Below, piece after piece: positions 1 through 8,929 of a stretch of 64,000 nt of DNA. The translations under genes and the position numbers were made by a program. The stretch's first letter is position 1. Each line of letters opens with the position of its first letter. The notes below the pieces were generated by a model. It was given only the letters and a program-made list of their open reading frames with translations, had not been told where the DNA came from and ran no database searches. The stretch is from Trueperaceae bacterium (GTDB lineage Bacteria > Deinococcota > Deinococci > Deinococcales > Trueperaceae), in contig CBDCAM010000001.1 of assembly GCA_965213925.1 (NCBI GenBank), positions 1 to 64,000 of the forward strand, given 5' to 3'.

Positions 1-452
1 TATTCCTTAAGCTCTTCAGGTGTGTAAACCTGCATGAACTCAATTTCGATCCCAGCAGCGTCGTTGTCGAGAAAGGCGACGTAACCTTCAGGGTGGGCAT
101 GGCTTCCCTTCACGCCGCACGCTTTACATTCTCGAAGGGAAGCGCCGTGCTCCTGAGCATGTTTCAGGGCGGCGGTGATGTCTTTGACCTCGTAGCAGAT
201 GTGGTGTAAACCTTCGCCGTGCTCTTCGATCCAACTTGCAAACCGACCATCGGAATCCATCGACTCCGAGAGCTGGTATTCGGTAGCAGCAAGGTTGAAC
301 AAAGCGACGCGGTTACGGGACTTCTCGTACTCTACGATTTTAGTGTCCTCGGAAACGCCGAGAAAACGCTGATACTGCTCCAGAGCGGTGCGAGCACTTC
401 TGACCGCGAAAGCCATATGTTTTATCGCGGTAATGTTGTCCTTGATATCCAT
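1..452 (-). CDS. VOC-family (methylmalonyl-CoA epimerase/glyoxalase-like) protein, 3' end runs off the window
   Basis: Not in ORF track. Manual translation MDIKDNITAIKHMAFAV...HGEGLHHICYEVKDI...IEIEFMQ has the VOC H...H...E pattern; GAGGAG RBS at 461-466. Confidence 0.8.
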   Translation of the reverse strand, partial: MDIKDNITAIKHMAFAVRSARTALEQYQRFLGVSEDTKIVEYEKSRNRVALFNLAATEYQLSESMDSDGRFASWIEEHGEGLHHICYEVKDITAALKHAQEHGASLRECKACGVKGSHAHPEGYVAFLDNDAAGIEIEFMQVYTPEELKE

Positions 453-647
453 AATCGTCACTCCTCTTTAATAGCTGGGTGATCTTCCCGGCTGGACGTC
501 ATTCGGATTTCCTACAAATCCGCGCGTAGTAGTGCGGTAGCGAGCGAACTCGTTCGGCAAGAACCTCTAGCACACTTTTGCCCTCTCATTAAGGGGTTTT
601 AAAGCACGTTTCATACATCGGCAGCGTCACTTCAGAACCGCTACTCG

Positions 648-1802
648 CTAGCCACCGAGACGGAGGTGATAGCGGTCGGCGGTGTGGGGAGACAGGCGCA
701 CCGCGCCCTGCGGCGTCACCATAAAGTTGTCAGAAATCAGGAAACCGTGGTTACCCTCCAACACGGTTCCTGGATGATAGGAGAGAACCATATTGCTTTT
801 CAGCGAGAAGTCCGGCTGAGACAACGAGTTGGGTCCGTCGCTGCCGTCCAACCCAGTGGAGTGGCAGTCCGGGGTGTGTTTCCCAACTACAGAAAACCCG
901 TGCTTCCGAATAGCATGATCGTTGGCTTCGGATACATCTCGGAAAGTGTTTCCCTCGCGGGCCACCGCCGCAGAGGCGTCCACCGCTGCGAGGTAAGCAT
1001 CAAGCAACTTCTGAGCATAGTCAGGGAGTGGGCCAAACGAGAACACCGTGGTCATCTCCAGCCAATAGCCCCAAGGGGATTCATAAACGATCTCGAAGTT
1101 GATGACATCGTTCTGTCCCATCCGCAGGTCTTTGGGTGCAGGCACCGTGTAGGGTGTGAGGTCGAGCGACAGCTTGGTTCGACCCCAGAAAGACCCTTTG
1201 GCCTTGACGAAAGCCTCTACGGCAGCACATACGTCCCAATAGCGGGCTCCCACATAGGCGTGTTCTCTGAACACATCCATGCTCGCGTCGAGAGTGGCGC
1301 CGTTTTGTATGATCGCCTCGAGTTCAAACGGACTTTTAATCTGCCTCAGCGCGTTAAAGGGACCTGTCAACTCTACCAGTTCATATCCCTCCAGCGCATT
1401 TGTAAAAGCACGATGCTCGCCGACCGACATCACTTTAAGCATGTTTACAACGCCGATACGCCCAGGGGTGCCGACGTAGCTTCGCACCAGTTCGGCGCAG
1501 CGCGCTACGATGTTGTCGGGCGATTCCACCCGCTCCGGCGGGATGGCCGCTTCATTGCGGCTCCAGACCGCCTGATAGGCGCTCCAGGCAAACAGCCACG
1601 GGTCGGGGTCGTCAAGACCGAGTACAACGTACCCCGCGCCCCCCCAGAGGTGCGCGTTGCTGAGGTAGCGAATGGCACCTATCGCGCCGGGCGCTCCCCC
1701 TCCAGCGACGATGAGGGCACCGACTCCTTGTTCACGCATCATCATTTGCGTTGCGCTTACGCGGCGCGCAACCTCGTCCTCGAGTCCCTGTTTGGTTAGC
1801 AT
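648..1802 (-). CDS. M24 (pita-bread fold) Xaa-Pro peptidase/creatinase-like hydrolase
   Basis: RQIKSPFE, HSTGLD and MVLSYHPG...ISDNFMVT motifs; start moved to ATG 1802 behind AGAAAGGAGA RBS. Confidence 0.8.
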   Translation of the reverse strand: MLTKQGLEDEVARRVSATQMMMREQGVGALIVAGGGAPGAIGAIRYLSNAHLWGGAGYVVLGLDDPDPWLFAWSAYQAVWSRNEAAIPPERVESPDNIVARCAELVRSYVGTPGRIGVVNMLKVMSVGEHRAFTNALEGYELVELTGPFNALRQIKSPFELEAIIQNGATLDASMDVFREHAYVGARYWDVCAAVEAFVKAKGSFWGRTKLSLDLTPYTVPAPKDLRMGQNDVINFEIVYESPWGYWLEMTTVFSFGPLPDYAQKLLDAYLAAVDASAAVAREGNTFRDVSEANDHAIRKHGFSVVGKHTPDCHSTGLDGSDGPNSLSQPDFSLKSNMVLSYHPGTVLEGNHGFLISDNFMVTPQGAVRLSPHTADRYHLRLGG

Positions 1803-1804
1803 GC

Positions 1805-2806
1805 TCAACTTCTCCTTTCTGCATCTGTCACGGGGCGTCCGATGATGGCTAAGGGGGTACCTTCCGGTGCCAACGGCCAAGACAGTCCTGCGTCTATCAA
1901 TACACCATCGGCCGGTGCCCGTACATCTTCAAGATGAACGCCGCTGAAGGGATGTCGCACATACCCGAGGCGGTCCCCTTGCCGCACAACACCTCCGCGG
2001 AGCGACGCGTCCATGAACACCAAACCGCGCTCGTGTGTATGGGTGAGGGTGGCGACGTGTTCCAGTTGGCGCACCGCCCCACCCCCGGCGGATCCCGCAT
2101 CCAACATGCCGAGGTGTTGCAGAGCTCCGAGCACAGCTCGACGCACCTGCGCAGCATCCTCCTCGCGGTGGTCGCGCAGCCCCGGTCCTCCACCAATCCA
2201 GACCGTAACCGCCGCCGCGCCTGCTCTGGCAGCAGCAGCCACCGGCGTATTGTCCTCAGGAAGGTTGACCAGCACATCTCGGAGCCCGAGCGACGCCGCG
2301 AGCGCTACTGCCGAGGCGGGCGCATGGGCGTGAACGGCGACGTAATGGGCGTAGCTCCACTGGGCACCGGTACGGATCTCGAGCAGGGCATCGCAGGCGG
2401 TCACAAAGGTCCGAAAGTAGCTGTCGAGGAGACGCTCGCTGACAGTCCCATGTGCGTCGCCTCGCCCGAGAGCGTGCATCTCCCGGTCGTCCCAGGCCGA
2501 TGCTGCTTGCTGAAACTCAAAACCTGAGGTGTTCAGTAGGGGAACTACCAACAGCGTTCCGTAGAGCGTGTCAAGATTTATCTCCTGTAAGACTGTCGGA
2601 AGGACCGTGGCAGGCTCGATTTCAAGCCCGTTCAGGCCAGCCTGTATCAGGAGCGTGGGCCCGCTCCGACGGCCCCGAAGAAAGTGGATAGGGACCATTA
2701 GCTCAAAACCGCCGTGGGTGTAACCGAAATTCACGCGTTTGAAGTGGCGTTCGCCGGGTTCGGGCAAGAACGTTTCGAAACCGGGGAGCTGACGTCTCGT
2801 AGCCAC
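1805..2806 (-). CDS. Succinylglutamate desuccinylase/aspartoacylase (AstE/AspA)-like protein with degenerate metal site
   Basis: GPTLLIQAGLNGLE, VPLLN, G..SER motifs and C-terminal biotinyl-like tail; GTG 2806 overlaps upstream TAG; GGAGAG RBS. Confidence 0.75.
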   Translation of the reverse strand: MATRRQLPGFETFLPEPGERHFKRVNFGYTHGGFELMVPIHFLRGRRSGPTLLIQAGLNGLEIEPATVLPTVLQEINLDTLYGTLLVVPLLNTSGFEFQQAASAWDDREMHALGRGDAHGTVSERLLDSYFRTFVTACDALLEIRTGAQWSYAHYVAVHAHAPASAVALAASLGLRDVLVNLPEDNTPVAAAARAGAAAVTVWIGGGPGLRDHREEDAAQVRRAVLGALQHLGMLDAGSAGGGAVRQLEHVATLTHTHERGLVFMDASLRGGVVRQGDRLGYVRHPFSGVHLEDVRAPADGVLIDAGLSWPLAPEGTPLAIIGRPVTDAERRS

Positions 2807-3852
2807 TACACACCCTCTCCGAAGGAAACGCGCAAGTTTGCGGTGCGACGATCCTCCACGCGATCGACGACGCCCAAAATGCCGACCGAGGTAGCGCCGA
2901 TGGTGGGCCACTCTTGACCGCTGGGGATGACGATGCCGGCTTGGGGCGTGGTGATCTCGGCCAGCACCTCGCCCGTGTAGGGGTCTTGCAACACTGCGTA
3001 AACATCACCGGCTTCGAGATGCTCGCCGAAACGTTTCTTGCGAATAAATAGGCCGTCCACTTCGGGTTTCCAGATGACCACGTTAGCGTTGTAGACTGTA
3101 CATTCAGGCCCGTCGGCCTGTATCTCGCCGTCCACCATGTTCATCGCCTTTAGGGTGTTCCAGATCCCGCGCTCGGCGTCACGAATATTGTCAGCGCCGT
3201 TGGCGAACCAGCCGGTGCCCCCGCCGAACTCCAGGGTGATTTGCGTCACCCCGGCTTCTTCGATAGCGTCCTTGGCGCGATTTTCACCGAAAGTGCCCGG
3301 GGGAAAGAAGGCGGCCTGATCGAGGCCGAAAGCGACGACCAGCGTGCGGCGTCTGCGCTCTAGCGCGGTCAGGCGGTGGGGATTCTTCTCGGCGCTGAAA
3401 AGGACATAGCGTTCGTAGGCGGTGCGGGCTCCGGCGTGAAAATCGAGCATGACATCAGCTTGGGCGATCACTTCGTGGAAGTAGGCGTGCGCCACTTGAT
3501 CTGACACACTACCCCGGGGGTCGCCGGGAAACAGGCGGCTGATATCTTTGCCGTCCACACGCGAGCCTCGTTCGCCGAACTCGAAACCGATACGGTTCAC
3601 CACCGGGACGGCGATCACGCGACCCCGCAGGTCTTCTGGATTGAGGTTGGCCACAAAGTCAAGGATGGCAATCGAGCCGACGATCTCACCGCCATGAATC
3701 GCGCCCTGTACCAGGAGTGTGGGTCCCGGTTCGGTGCCGCACACGAGGTGAACGGGGATGTCGGGGCTCAGTTGGGAGCGAGAGCGGGCCGTGGAAAGGT
3801 AGCCGAAAGTGCGTGCGCCGGGCGCCGCGCGCAGATCGCCTACCGTCAGCAT
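2806..3852 (-). CDS. AstE/AspA-family (M14-like) deacylase
   Basis: IHGGE, SRLFPG, DFHAG and TLEFGG motifs intact; ATG 3852 with GAGG RBS. Confidence 0.85.
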   Translation of the reverse strand: MLTVGDLRAAPGARTFGYLSTARSRSQLSPDIPVHLVCGTEPGPTLLVQGAIHGGEIVGSIAILDFVANLNPEDLRGRVIAVPVVNRIGFEFGERGSRVDGKDISRLFPGDPRGSVSDQVAHAYFHEVIAQADVMLDFHAGARTAYERYVLFSAEKNPHRLTALERRRRTLVVAFGLDQAAFFPPGTFGENRAKDAIEEAGVTQITLEFGGGTGWFANGADNIRDAERGIWNTLKAMNMVDGEIQADGPECTVYNANVVIWKPEVDGLFIRKKRFGEHLEAGDVYAVLQDPYTGEVLAEITTPQAGIVIPSGQEWPTIGATSVGILGVVDRVEDRRTANLRVSFGEGV

Positions 3853-3859
3853 GGGCACC

Positions 3860-5854
3860 TCATGCCGACACCGACCGGGTGCCCAGGTGGCGTTCAAACC
3901 ACCCCAAGATGCGCCTCAACCGCTCGATGCGGTTGCCGGGTCGGCCGCCACGCGAGAGCCCGTGATTTTCTCCTTCGAAGATGACCATTTCGACCTCCTT
4001 GCCGAGCCAGCGTAGGGCTGCGAACAACTGCTCGGCCTGCTCGAGGGGGCAGCGATGGTCCTGGTCGCTGTGGATGATAAGTAGCGGCGTGGTGACGTTC
4101 GCGACGTAAGCCAAGGGCGATTGTCGCCAGGAAGCGCCAATGTCGCTCAGGGCGTGGGTTCGCGTTTCGCGCTCGGTCCCCTCGGGGCCGATATCGGAAA
4201 CCCCGAAAAAGCTGACCTGGTTCGAAATGGAGCGTTGTGTGACCGCGGCGCGGAACCGGTCGGTGTGGCCAACAAGCCAGTTGGTCATGAAGCCGCCACA
4301 CGAGCCGCCGGTCACTCCGAGCCGGTGTTCGTCCACAAAGCCGCGCGCCACGAAGTGATCGACCCCGAGCATCGTCTCCTCGAAGTCTTTGCCCCCCTGA
4401 TCGCCCTCGCTGGCGCGCGTCCATGCCTGCCCGTAGCCCGCCGTGGTGCCGCGCTGGTTGAAGTACGTAAGCGCGTAGCCTGCGCTGACCAGACATTGGA
4501 ACTCGTGACTGAAGTCCCACGAAAACATCGAGCAATGCACGTACACGATGCCGGGATAGGTGCGCGCCGGGTCAAAGTCGTGGGGGGTCATGAGCCAGCC
4601 ATGCACCGGGGCACCCTCAAGGCCGCTGAAACGGTACTCCTCGGGAGCGGCGAGAAGGTGGCTGCTCAGCCACGGATTGAGCTGCGTGAGACGTTCGCTT
4701 GTTCCTGCCCGCCACAGGAACAAGTCACCTGGGTTGTGCGGATCGGCCCGGCCGTAAGCCACCCGCTCCCCGGGCTCAGGGCTATACTCAAACACTACAC
4801 AGGGGCCGTCAACAAGAACTTCGTGGCTCCCCTCCGTATCGATGCGGCAGAGGCGCGTGCCCCCCTCAACCGTGAGCAGAAAATAGATCCAGCGGTCGCC
4901 ACGCGGCCACTTGAGGGTGATGTTCGACAGCCCTTTACGAGAGTCCGACACGGCGTAGTTGCCGACCTCCTGGTCGAGGTCAGGTTTCAGCGGACGGGCA
5001 CTCCGGGTTTGCACGTCCGCCAGATAAGGCGTCATGAAGATGCGGCGGTTGGTAGGAGCAGGGTGTTCGTGTCCGGCGAAGGCTACTGCGCGGTCGTCAT
5101 CACCCCATACCGGGCTGCGGGCAGCGCCCACCCAACCGGGCAGCAGCGGCTCGCTCCTGCCGTCGGTAAAGTTGTGAATAAAGATCTGACCCTGGCCCAG
5201 GGCGGTGTTCTGTTCTCGGGCCAGCGCCACAAAGGCGAGGCGGTCACCACGGGCGCTCCACGCCGGTTCGGAGTGATCGCACTCACGGTCTGTAAGTTGC
5301 GTCATTGTGCGGCTTGCGGGCTCATAGAGCCAGATCTGCCTGTAACGGTCGTGGACAAACCCAATCCCTTCCTGTTTGTAGCGCAAACGGCGGATCACCC
5401 TGATGGTGGGCGCAGGGATGCCTGTGCGGTGGCCGACATCGCCCGGATGCCGATTGAGCGTCCAGCGGCTGCCGACCAAGTAGACTCCGTCGGGCGACCA
5501 GCTTAGCTCGGTCAGGGGAGCTCCCTCGAGCGGGTGTGTTTCCAGCGTACCTGTGGCGACCTCGACGATCACCAAGCCGCCGCCCGCGAGGGCGTCTACC
5601 GTAAAGGCAAGGTGCGTCCCGTCGGGGCTCCAGGCCAGACTGCTAGCCCGGACATGCCCTTCTGTCAGACGCCGCTCGCCGCCGGTGGCGAGTTCGCGGA
5701 GGTAAACGTCGGTGGTGTAGTCGTTGAATTCAGCGGAAGCACGTTTCACGGTGTAGGCTACCAACGCGCCTCCCGGGGCGAGCGCCAGTTCGTCGATCCA
5801 GCGGTACTGAAGTACGTCCTCGGGGATCAGACCGCGGCGAAGAGGGTCGGACAT
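3860..5854 (-). CDS. S9C-family (acylaminoacyl/prolyl oligopeptidase-like) peptidase
   Basis: WSPDG beta-propeller repeats; GGSCGG nucleophile elbow; DHRC and ENHG triad motifs. Confidence 0.88.
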   Translation of the reverse strand: MSDPLRRGLIPEDVLQYRWIDELALAPGGALVAYTVKRASAEFNDYTTDVYLRELATGGERRLTEGHVRASSLAWSPDGTHLAFTVDALAGGGLVIVEVATGTLETHPLEGAPLTELSWSPDGVYLVGSRWTLNRHPGDVGHRTGIPAPTIRVIRRLRYKQEGIGFVHDRYRQIWLYEPASRTMTQLTDRECDHSEPAWSARGDRLAFVALAREQNTALGQGQIFIHNFTDGRSEPLLPGWVGAARSPVWGDDDRAVAFAGHEHPAPTNRRIFMTPYLADVQTRSARPLKPDLDQEVGNYAVSDSRKGLSNITLKWPRGDRWIYFLLTVEGGTRLCRIDTEGSHEVLVDGPCVVFEYSPEPGERVAYGRADPHNPGDLFLWRAGTSERLTQLNPWLSSHLLAAPEEYRFSGLEGAPVHGWLMTPHDFDPARTYPGIVYVHCSMFSWDFSHEFQCLVSAGYALTYFNQRGTTAGYGQAWTRASEGDQGGKDFEETMLGVDHFVARGFVDEHRLGVTGGSCGGFMTNWLVGHTDRFRAAVTQRSISNQVSFFGVSDIGPEGTERETRTHALSDIGASWRQSPLAYVANVTTPLLIIHSDQDHRCPLEQAEQLFAALRWLGKEVEMVIFEGENHGLSRGGRPGNRIERLRRILGWFERHLGTRSVSA

Positions 5855-6861
5855 CAGCCCCGCCTTGGGATCAGGTCGTCAACGGTCTCCTCGACGACGC
5901 CAAAGAAGCAGCACCACTCCCCCTCGATAACGCTCGGGCGCGAGCGCAGCCCGAATACCACCCCTTCGCGCGGAGCACGCACTTCAGCGATGATCTCCCC
6001 GTAGAGATCATAGACGCTGCCGAGCAGCGTGCCCTCAGGGAGGGGCGTTTCAAAAGCCAACTCGGGGTTGCCGACGAACATACCGGTCGTCGGGGCGAGC
6101 AGCGCGATTTGGTAGCCCTGCCGCCAAGAGGATGCGTAGCGGGCTTCGCCGGGAATCATGCCGTAGTGGCGCATTACGTTGAGATAGCCGTCGGCTAAAT
6201 CTCGCGCGACAGCGTGGAAGTCACTCGTGAGCGTGCGGCAGCTGCCACCGAGTTCTACAGTAATGCCGGCTTTACCCAGCGCGCCGATCGACGAGGAGGG
6301 GTTGCCGGATCCGGTGCCGCTGCGGAATACAAGCGTCCAGGCCGCCCCCATAGCGGCTGCCAGTTCCATACTTGGCGGGTTGTCGGACGCGAAAATCATG
6401 TGTGCCAGGTAGGAGTGCTCGCCCCCGGAATGAATGGCAATCTGGAGGTCACACGAGTCTTTCATGGCGTTCCAGTGCGCGTTTGCGGCTCGCTCGGTCG
6501 GGTAACCGCCACGTTTGCCGGGGTAGACACGGTTCATGTCGTGCGAAAACATATCCAGCGGGTCCCCACGCTTGCCGGCGGTAAAGGCCTCGACGTTCAT
6601 CACGGGAACCGCCACCACAGTTCCTTTCAGAGTGGCGGGGTCGATCTCCGACAACGCCATAAAAATGGAGAAAGGCCCCTCGGGCTCATCTCCATGAGTA
6701 GCCCCGTTCAACCATAGGGTGGCGCCGTCCTCACGACCGCGCACCACGATCACGGGTACCTCGCGCTCCTTGCCGTACATATCTTTACCGATGGGGATGC
6801 CGCCGTGAACACGCTCGCCAGGCATAGCTCGAGCCGTACCGACCGTTAGGGGGATGGTCAT
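5854..6861 (-). CDS. AstE/AspA-family deacylase
   Basis: THGDE, DMNRVYPG, IHSGG and TVELGG motifs; ATG 6861 with GAGGAG RBS; TGATG overlap with the downstream gene. Confidence 0.87.
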   Translation of the reverse strand: MTIPLTVGTARAMPGERVHGGIPIGKDMYGKEREVPVIVVRGREDGATLWLNGATHGDEPEGPFSIFMALSEIDPATLKGTVVAVPVMNVEAFTAGKRGDPLDMFSHDMNRVYPGKRGGYPTERAANAHWNAMKDSCDLQIAIHSGGEHSYLAHMIFASDNPPSMELAAAMGAAWTLVFRSGTGSGNPSSSIGALGKAGITVELGGSCRTLTSDFHAVARDLADGYLNVMRHYGMIPGEARYASSWRQGYQIALLAPTTGMFVGNPELAFETPLPEGTLLGSVYDLYGEIIAEVRAPREGVVFGLRSRPSVIEGEWCCFFGVVEETVDDLIPRRG

Positions 6862-6893
6862 TCTCGCGCTCCTCACTTACAGAAAAATCATGA

Positions 6894-7976
6894 TTACAGG
6901 GATGAAAGAGAAATGGAAACACCGAGGTCGCGGGCGAGTGCGTGCAGCCCCTCGACGGTCTCGTGGGCAACAGGGACGCCACCTCGAGCGCGCGCTTCGG
7001 CGCGCCGCTGCTCCAACTCCCCCGGCAGCATCACTGGTCGGCTCGGGTCGATGGGCCGAGCGGCTTTGACTTCCTGCACCAGCGCCCCTAAGCGCTCGCG
7101 GAAACGCTGGCGGGGCATGAACGCTTCGGGATTCAACGCTAGCAGCACGTGACCCACGTCATAGTCAGCTTCGTCTTGGAAGACTGAGAGGCCGAACTTA
7201 GCGCCGCTTAGCACGCCCGCGAGTACGTCGGTGACGAACGACAAACCGTATCCTTTGTACTCGCCGATGGGCAGCAGCGGGCCGTCCATAGCGGCTGCCG
7301 GATCGGTGGTGGCGTTTCCGTCCGGAGTGAGCGCCCAGCTCTCGGGCATGTCGCGCCCCTGTTGTAGATACCAGCGCATCATCCCCTTGCCGGACATCGT
7401 GAGAGCCATATCCAGAACCACATGCGGCAGGTCGTCTGTGGGACTCGGCACAGCGACGCCCCAGGGGTTCGTGCCGAGAACCACCTGCGCCGACCCCCAC
7501 GGGGCCATTTCCGCCCGGGCGTTGGTCATCGACCAGCCGATGAACCCCATCTTCGCGGCGGATAAGGCGTGATAACCGGCGATGCCGAAGTGGTTGCTGC
7601 GCCGCACCAAGACCAGCCCGAGCCCGGCGGTGCGGGCTTTGTCTATAGCCTTGGTCATGGCGCGTTGCGCTGCGACGTAGCCGAACCCCTGGCCCGCATC
7701 GAGGAGCGCATAGGCGGGACCGTCACGCTCCCAGCGCATGTCGGCGCTCGGTATGATGCCGCCAGCGCGCACCCGGCGGGCGTAACGAAAAAGCTTTTCC
7801 AACCCCTGTCCTTGTCCCGGATGCCACCAATAGGAAGCAGTCATAAGACCGTTCGTGATAATGCTGGCCTCGTCTTCATTAGCGCCGAGAGCCGCCAGCA
7901 CGCGCAGCGAGCAGGTGCGCAGATCAGCTTCGGCGTAGAGCGAGACCGGTTCGCGCTCAGTGAGATCGTAGGCCAT
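6894..7976 (-). CDS. Ldh_2-family (malate/L-lactate/ureidoglycolate-type) NAD(P)-dependent oxidoreductase
   Basis: SNHFGIAG, GTNP, LDMA and YKGYGL motifs; ATG 7976 overlaps upstream TGA; GGAGG RBS. Confidence 0.88.
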   Translation of the reverse strand: MAYDLTEREPVSLYAEADLRTCSLRVLAALGANEDEASIITNGLMTASYWWHPGQGQGLEKLFRYARRVRAGGIIPSADMRWERDGPAYALLDAGQGFGYVAAQRAMTKAIDKARTAGLGLVLVRRSNHFGIAGYHALSAAKMGFIGWSMTNARAEMAPWGSAQVVLGTNPWGVAVPSPTDDLPHVVLDMALTMSGKGMMRWYLQQGRDMPESWALTPDGNATTDPAAAMDGPLLPIGEYKGYGLSFVTDVLAGVLSGAKFGLSVFQDEADYDVGHVLLALNPEAFMPRQRFRERLGALVQEVKAARPIDPSRPVMLPGELEQRRAEARARGGVPVAHETVEGLHALARDLGVSISLSSL

Positions 7977-8929
7977 CAATCCTCCTTCGCCGTTAGTGCG
8001 GCCAATGTTTCGCGCAGCTCGAGTGCTCGGTTGGAGCCGGTCCCCCCGCCCACGTGAGGCGTGAGGATGACGTTGTCGAGATGACATAGTGGACTGTCGG
8101 CCGGTAGCGGCTCGAACTCGAAGACATCCAGACCCGCGCCTGCAAGACGCTGGGAACGAAGCGCCTCGACGAGCGCTGCCTCGTCCACCACGCCCCCGCG
8201 ACAGACGTTCACCAGATAAGCGTCGGGCTTCATGCGCGCGAGCTGCTCGGCCCCGATCATGCGCTCGGTTTCGGAGGTGTGGGGCACCGCGAGAACCACA
8301 TAGTCAGACTCGGTCAGGAGCGTGTCCAAGTCCAGGTAACTCGCTTCGAAGCGGCGCTCGAGTCTCTCCGGCAGACGAGAGCGCTTGGTGTAGATCACGT
8401 TCATACCGAGAGCGCGCGCTCGTACCGCCGTCTCGCAGCCGATCTCTCCCATACCGACCACACCCAAAGTCTTTTGCCTGACTTCATGCAAGCGAGCGTG
8501 CTTCATCCAGTGAAACGCCATCTTCCACTGTGTGCTTCGCTCCGGGCGCAGGCCGCGCGAACGGTAAGCGCCTTTGGCGACGCTGCGATGCGAGACCAGC
8601 AAGTCCTTGCTGAGAGCTAAAACCAAAGTAATTGCGAGTTCCGCAACGCAGTTCGGACCCTTCCGCGGAACAGCGGTAAAATTCACCGAGTGCTCGACGA
8701 GCGCGTCTTCATCGATATTCGCGCTGTTCCGCCCCATCTTGACCACATGTTCGACGTTTTTAAATCGCTCGAGCGTACCCCCGTCCACGACAACCCCATC
8801 AGAAACGAGTACCTCGGGCCAGTCTGTGTCGACCTCGCCACAAGCTACTGTCAAGCCTAATTCGTCGGCGGCTACAGCGGTAACGGCGTCAGAATATTCG
8901 GGGTCGAGCACCAGTACGCTCCTTTTCAC
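7976..8929 (-). CDS. D-isomer-specific 2-hydroxyacid dehydrogenase
   Basis: GVVGMGEIG, VNVCRGGVVDE, LDVFEFEP and TPHVGG motifs. Confidence 0.9.
   Translation of the reverse strand: MKRSVLVLDPEYSDAVTAVAADELGLTVACGEVDTDWPEVLVSDGVVVDGGTLERFKNVEHVVKMGRNSANIDEDALVEHSVNFTAVPRKGPNCVAELAITLVLALSKDLLVSHRSVAKGAYRSRGLRPERSTQWKMAFHWMKHARLHEVRQKTLGVVGMGEIGCETAVRARALGMNVIYTKRSRLPERLERRFEASYLDLDTLLTESDYVVLAVPHTSETERMIGAEQLARMKPDAYLVNVCRGGVVDEAALVEALRSQRLAGAGLDVFEFEPLPADSPLCHLDNVILTPHVGGGTGSNRALELRETLAALTAKED

Noticed and set aside
219..482. 87-aa plus-strand ORF
   Set aside because: Overlaps the minus-strand VOC gene, which has an RBS and family motifs.
666..5506. Long plus-strand ORFs (666-1799, 4121-5506) and similar antisense ORFs elsewhere
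   Set aside because: Shadows of motif-bearing genes on the opposite strand in GC-rich DNA; no motifs of their own.
648..6861. Assigning ectoine genes doeA/doeB (eutD/eutE)
   Set aside because: Only family-level similarity; transporter type and companion genes differ, so no gene symbols are given.
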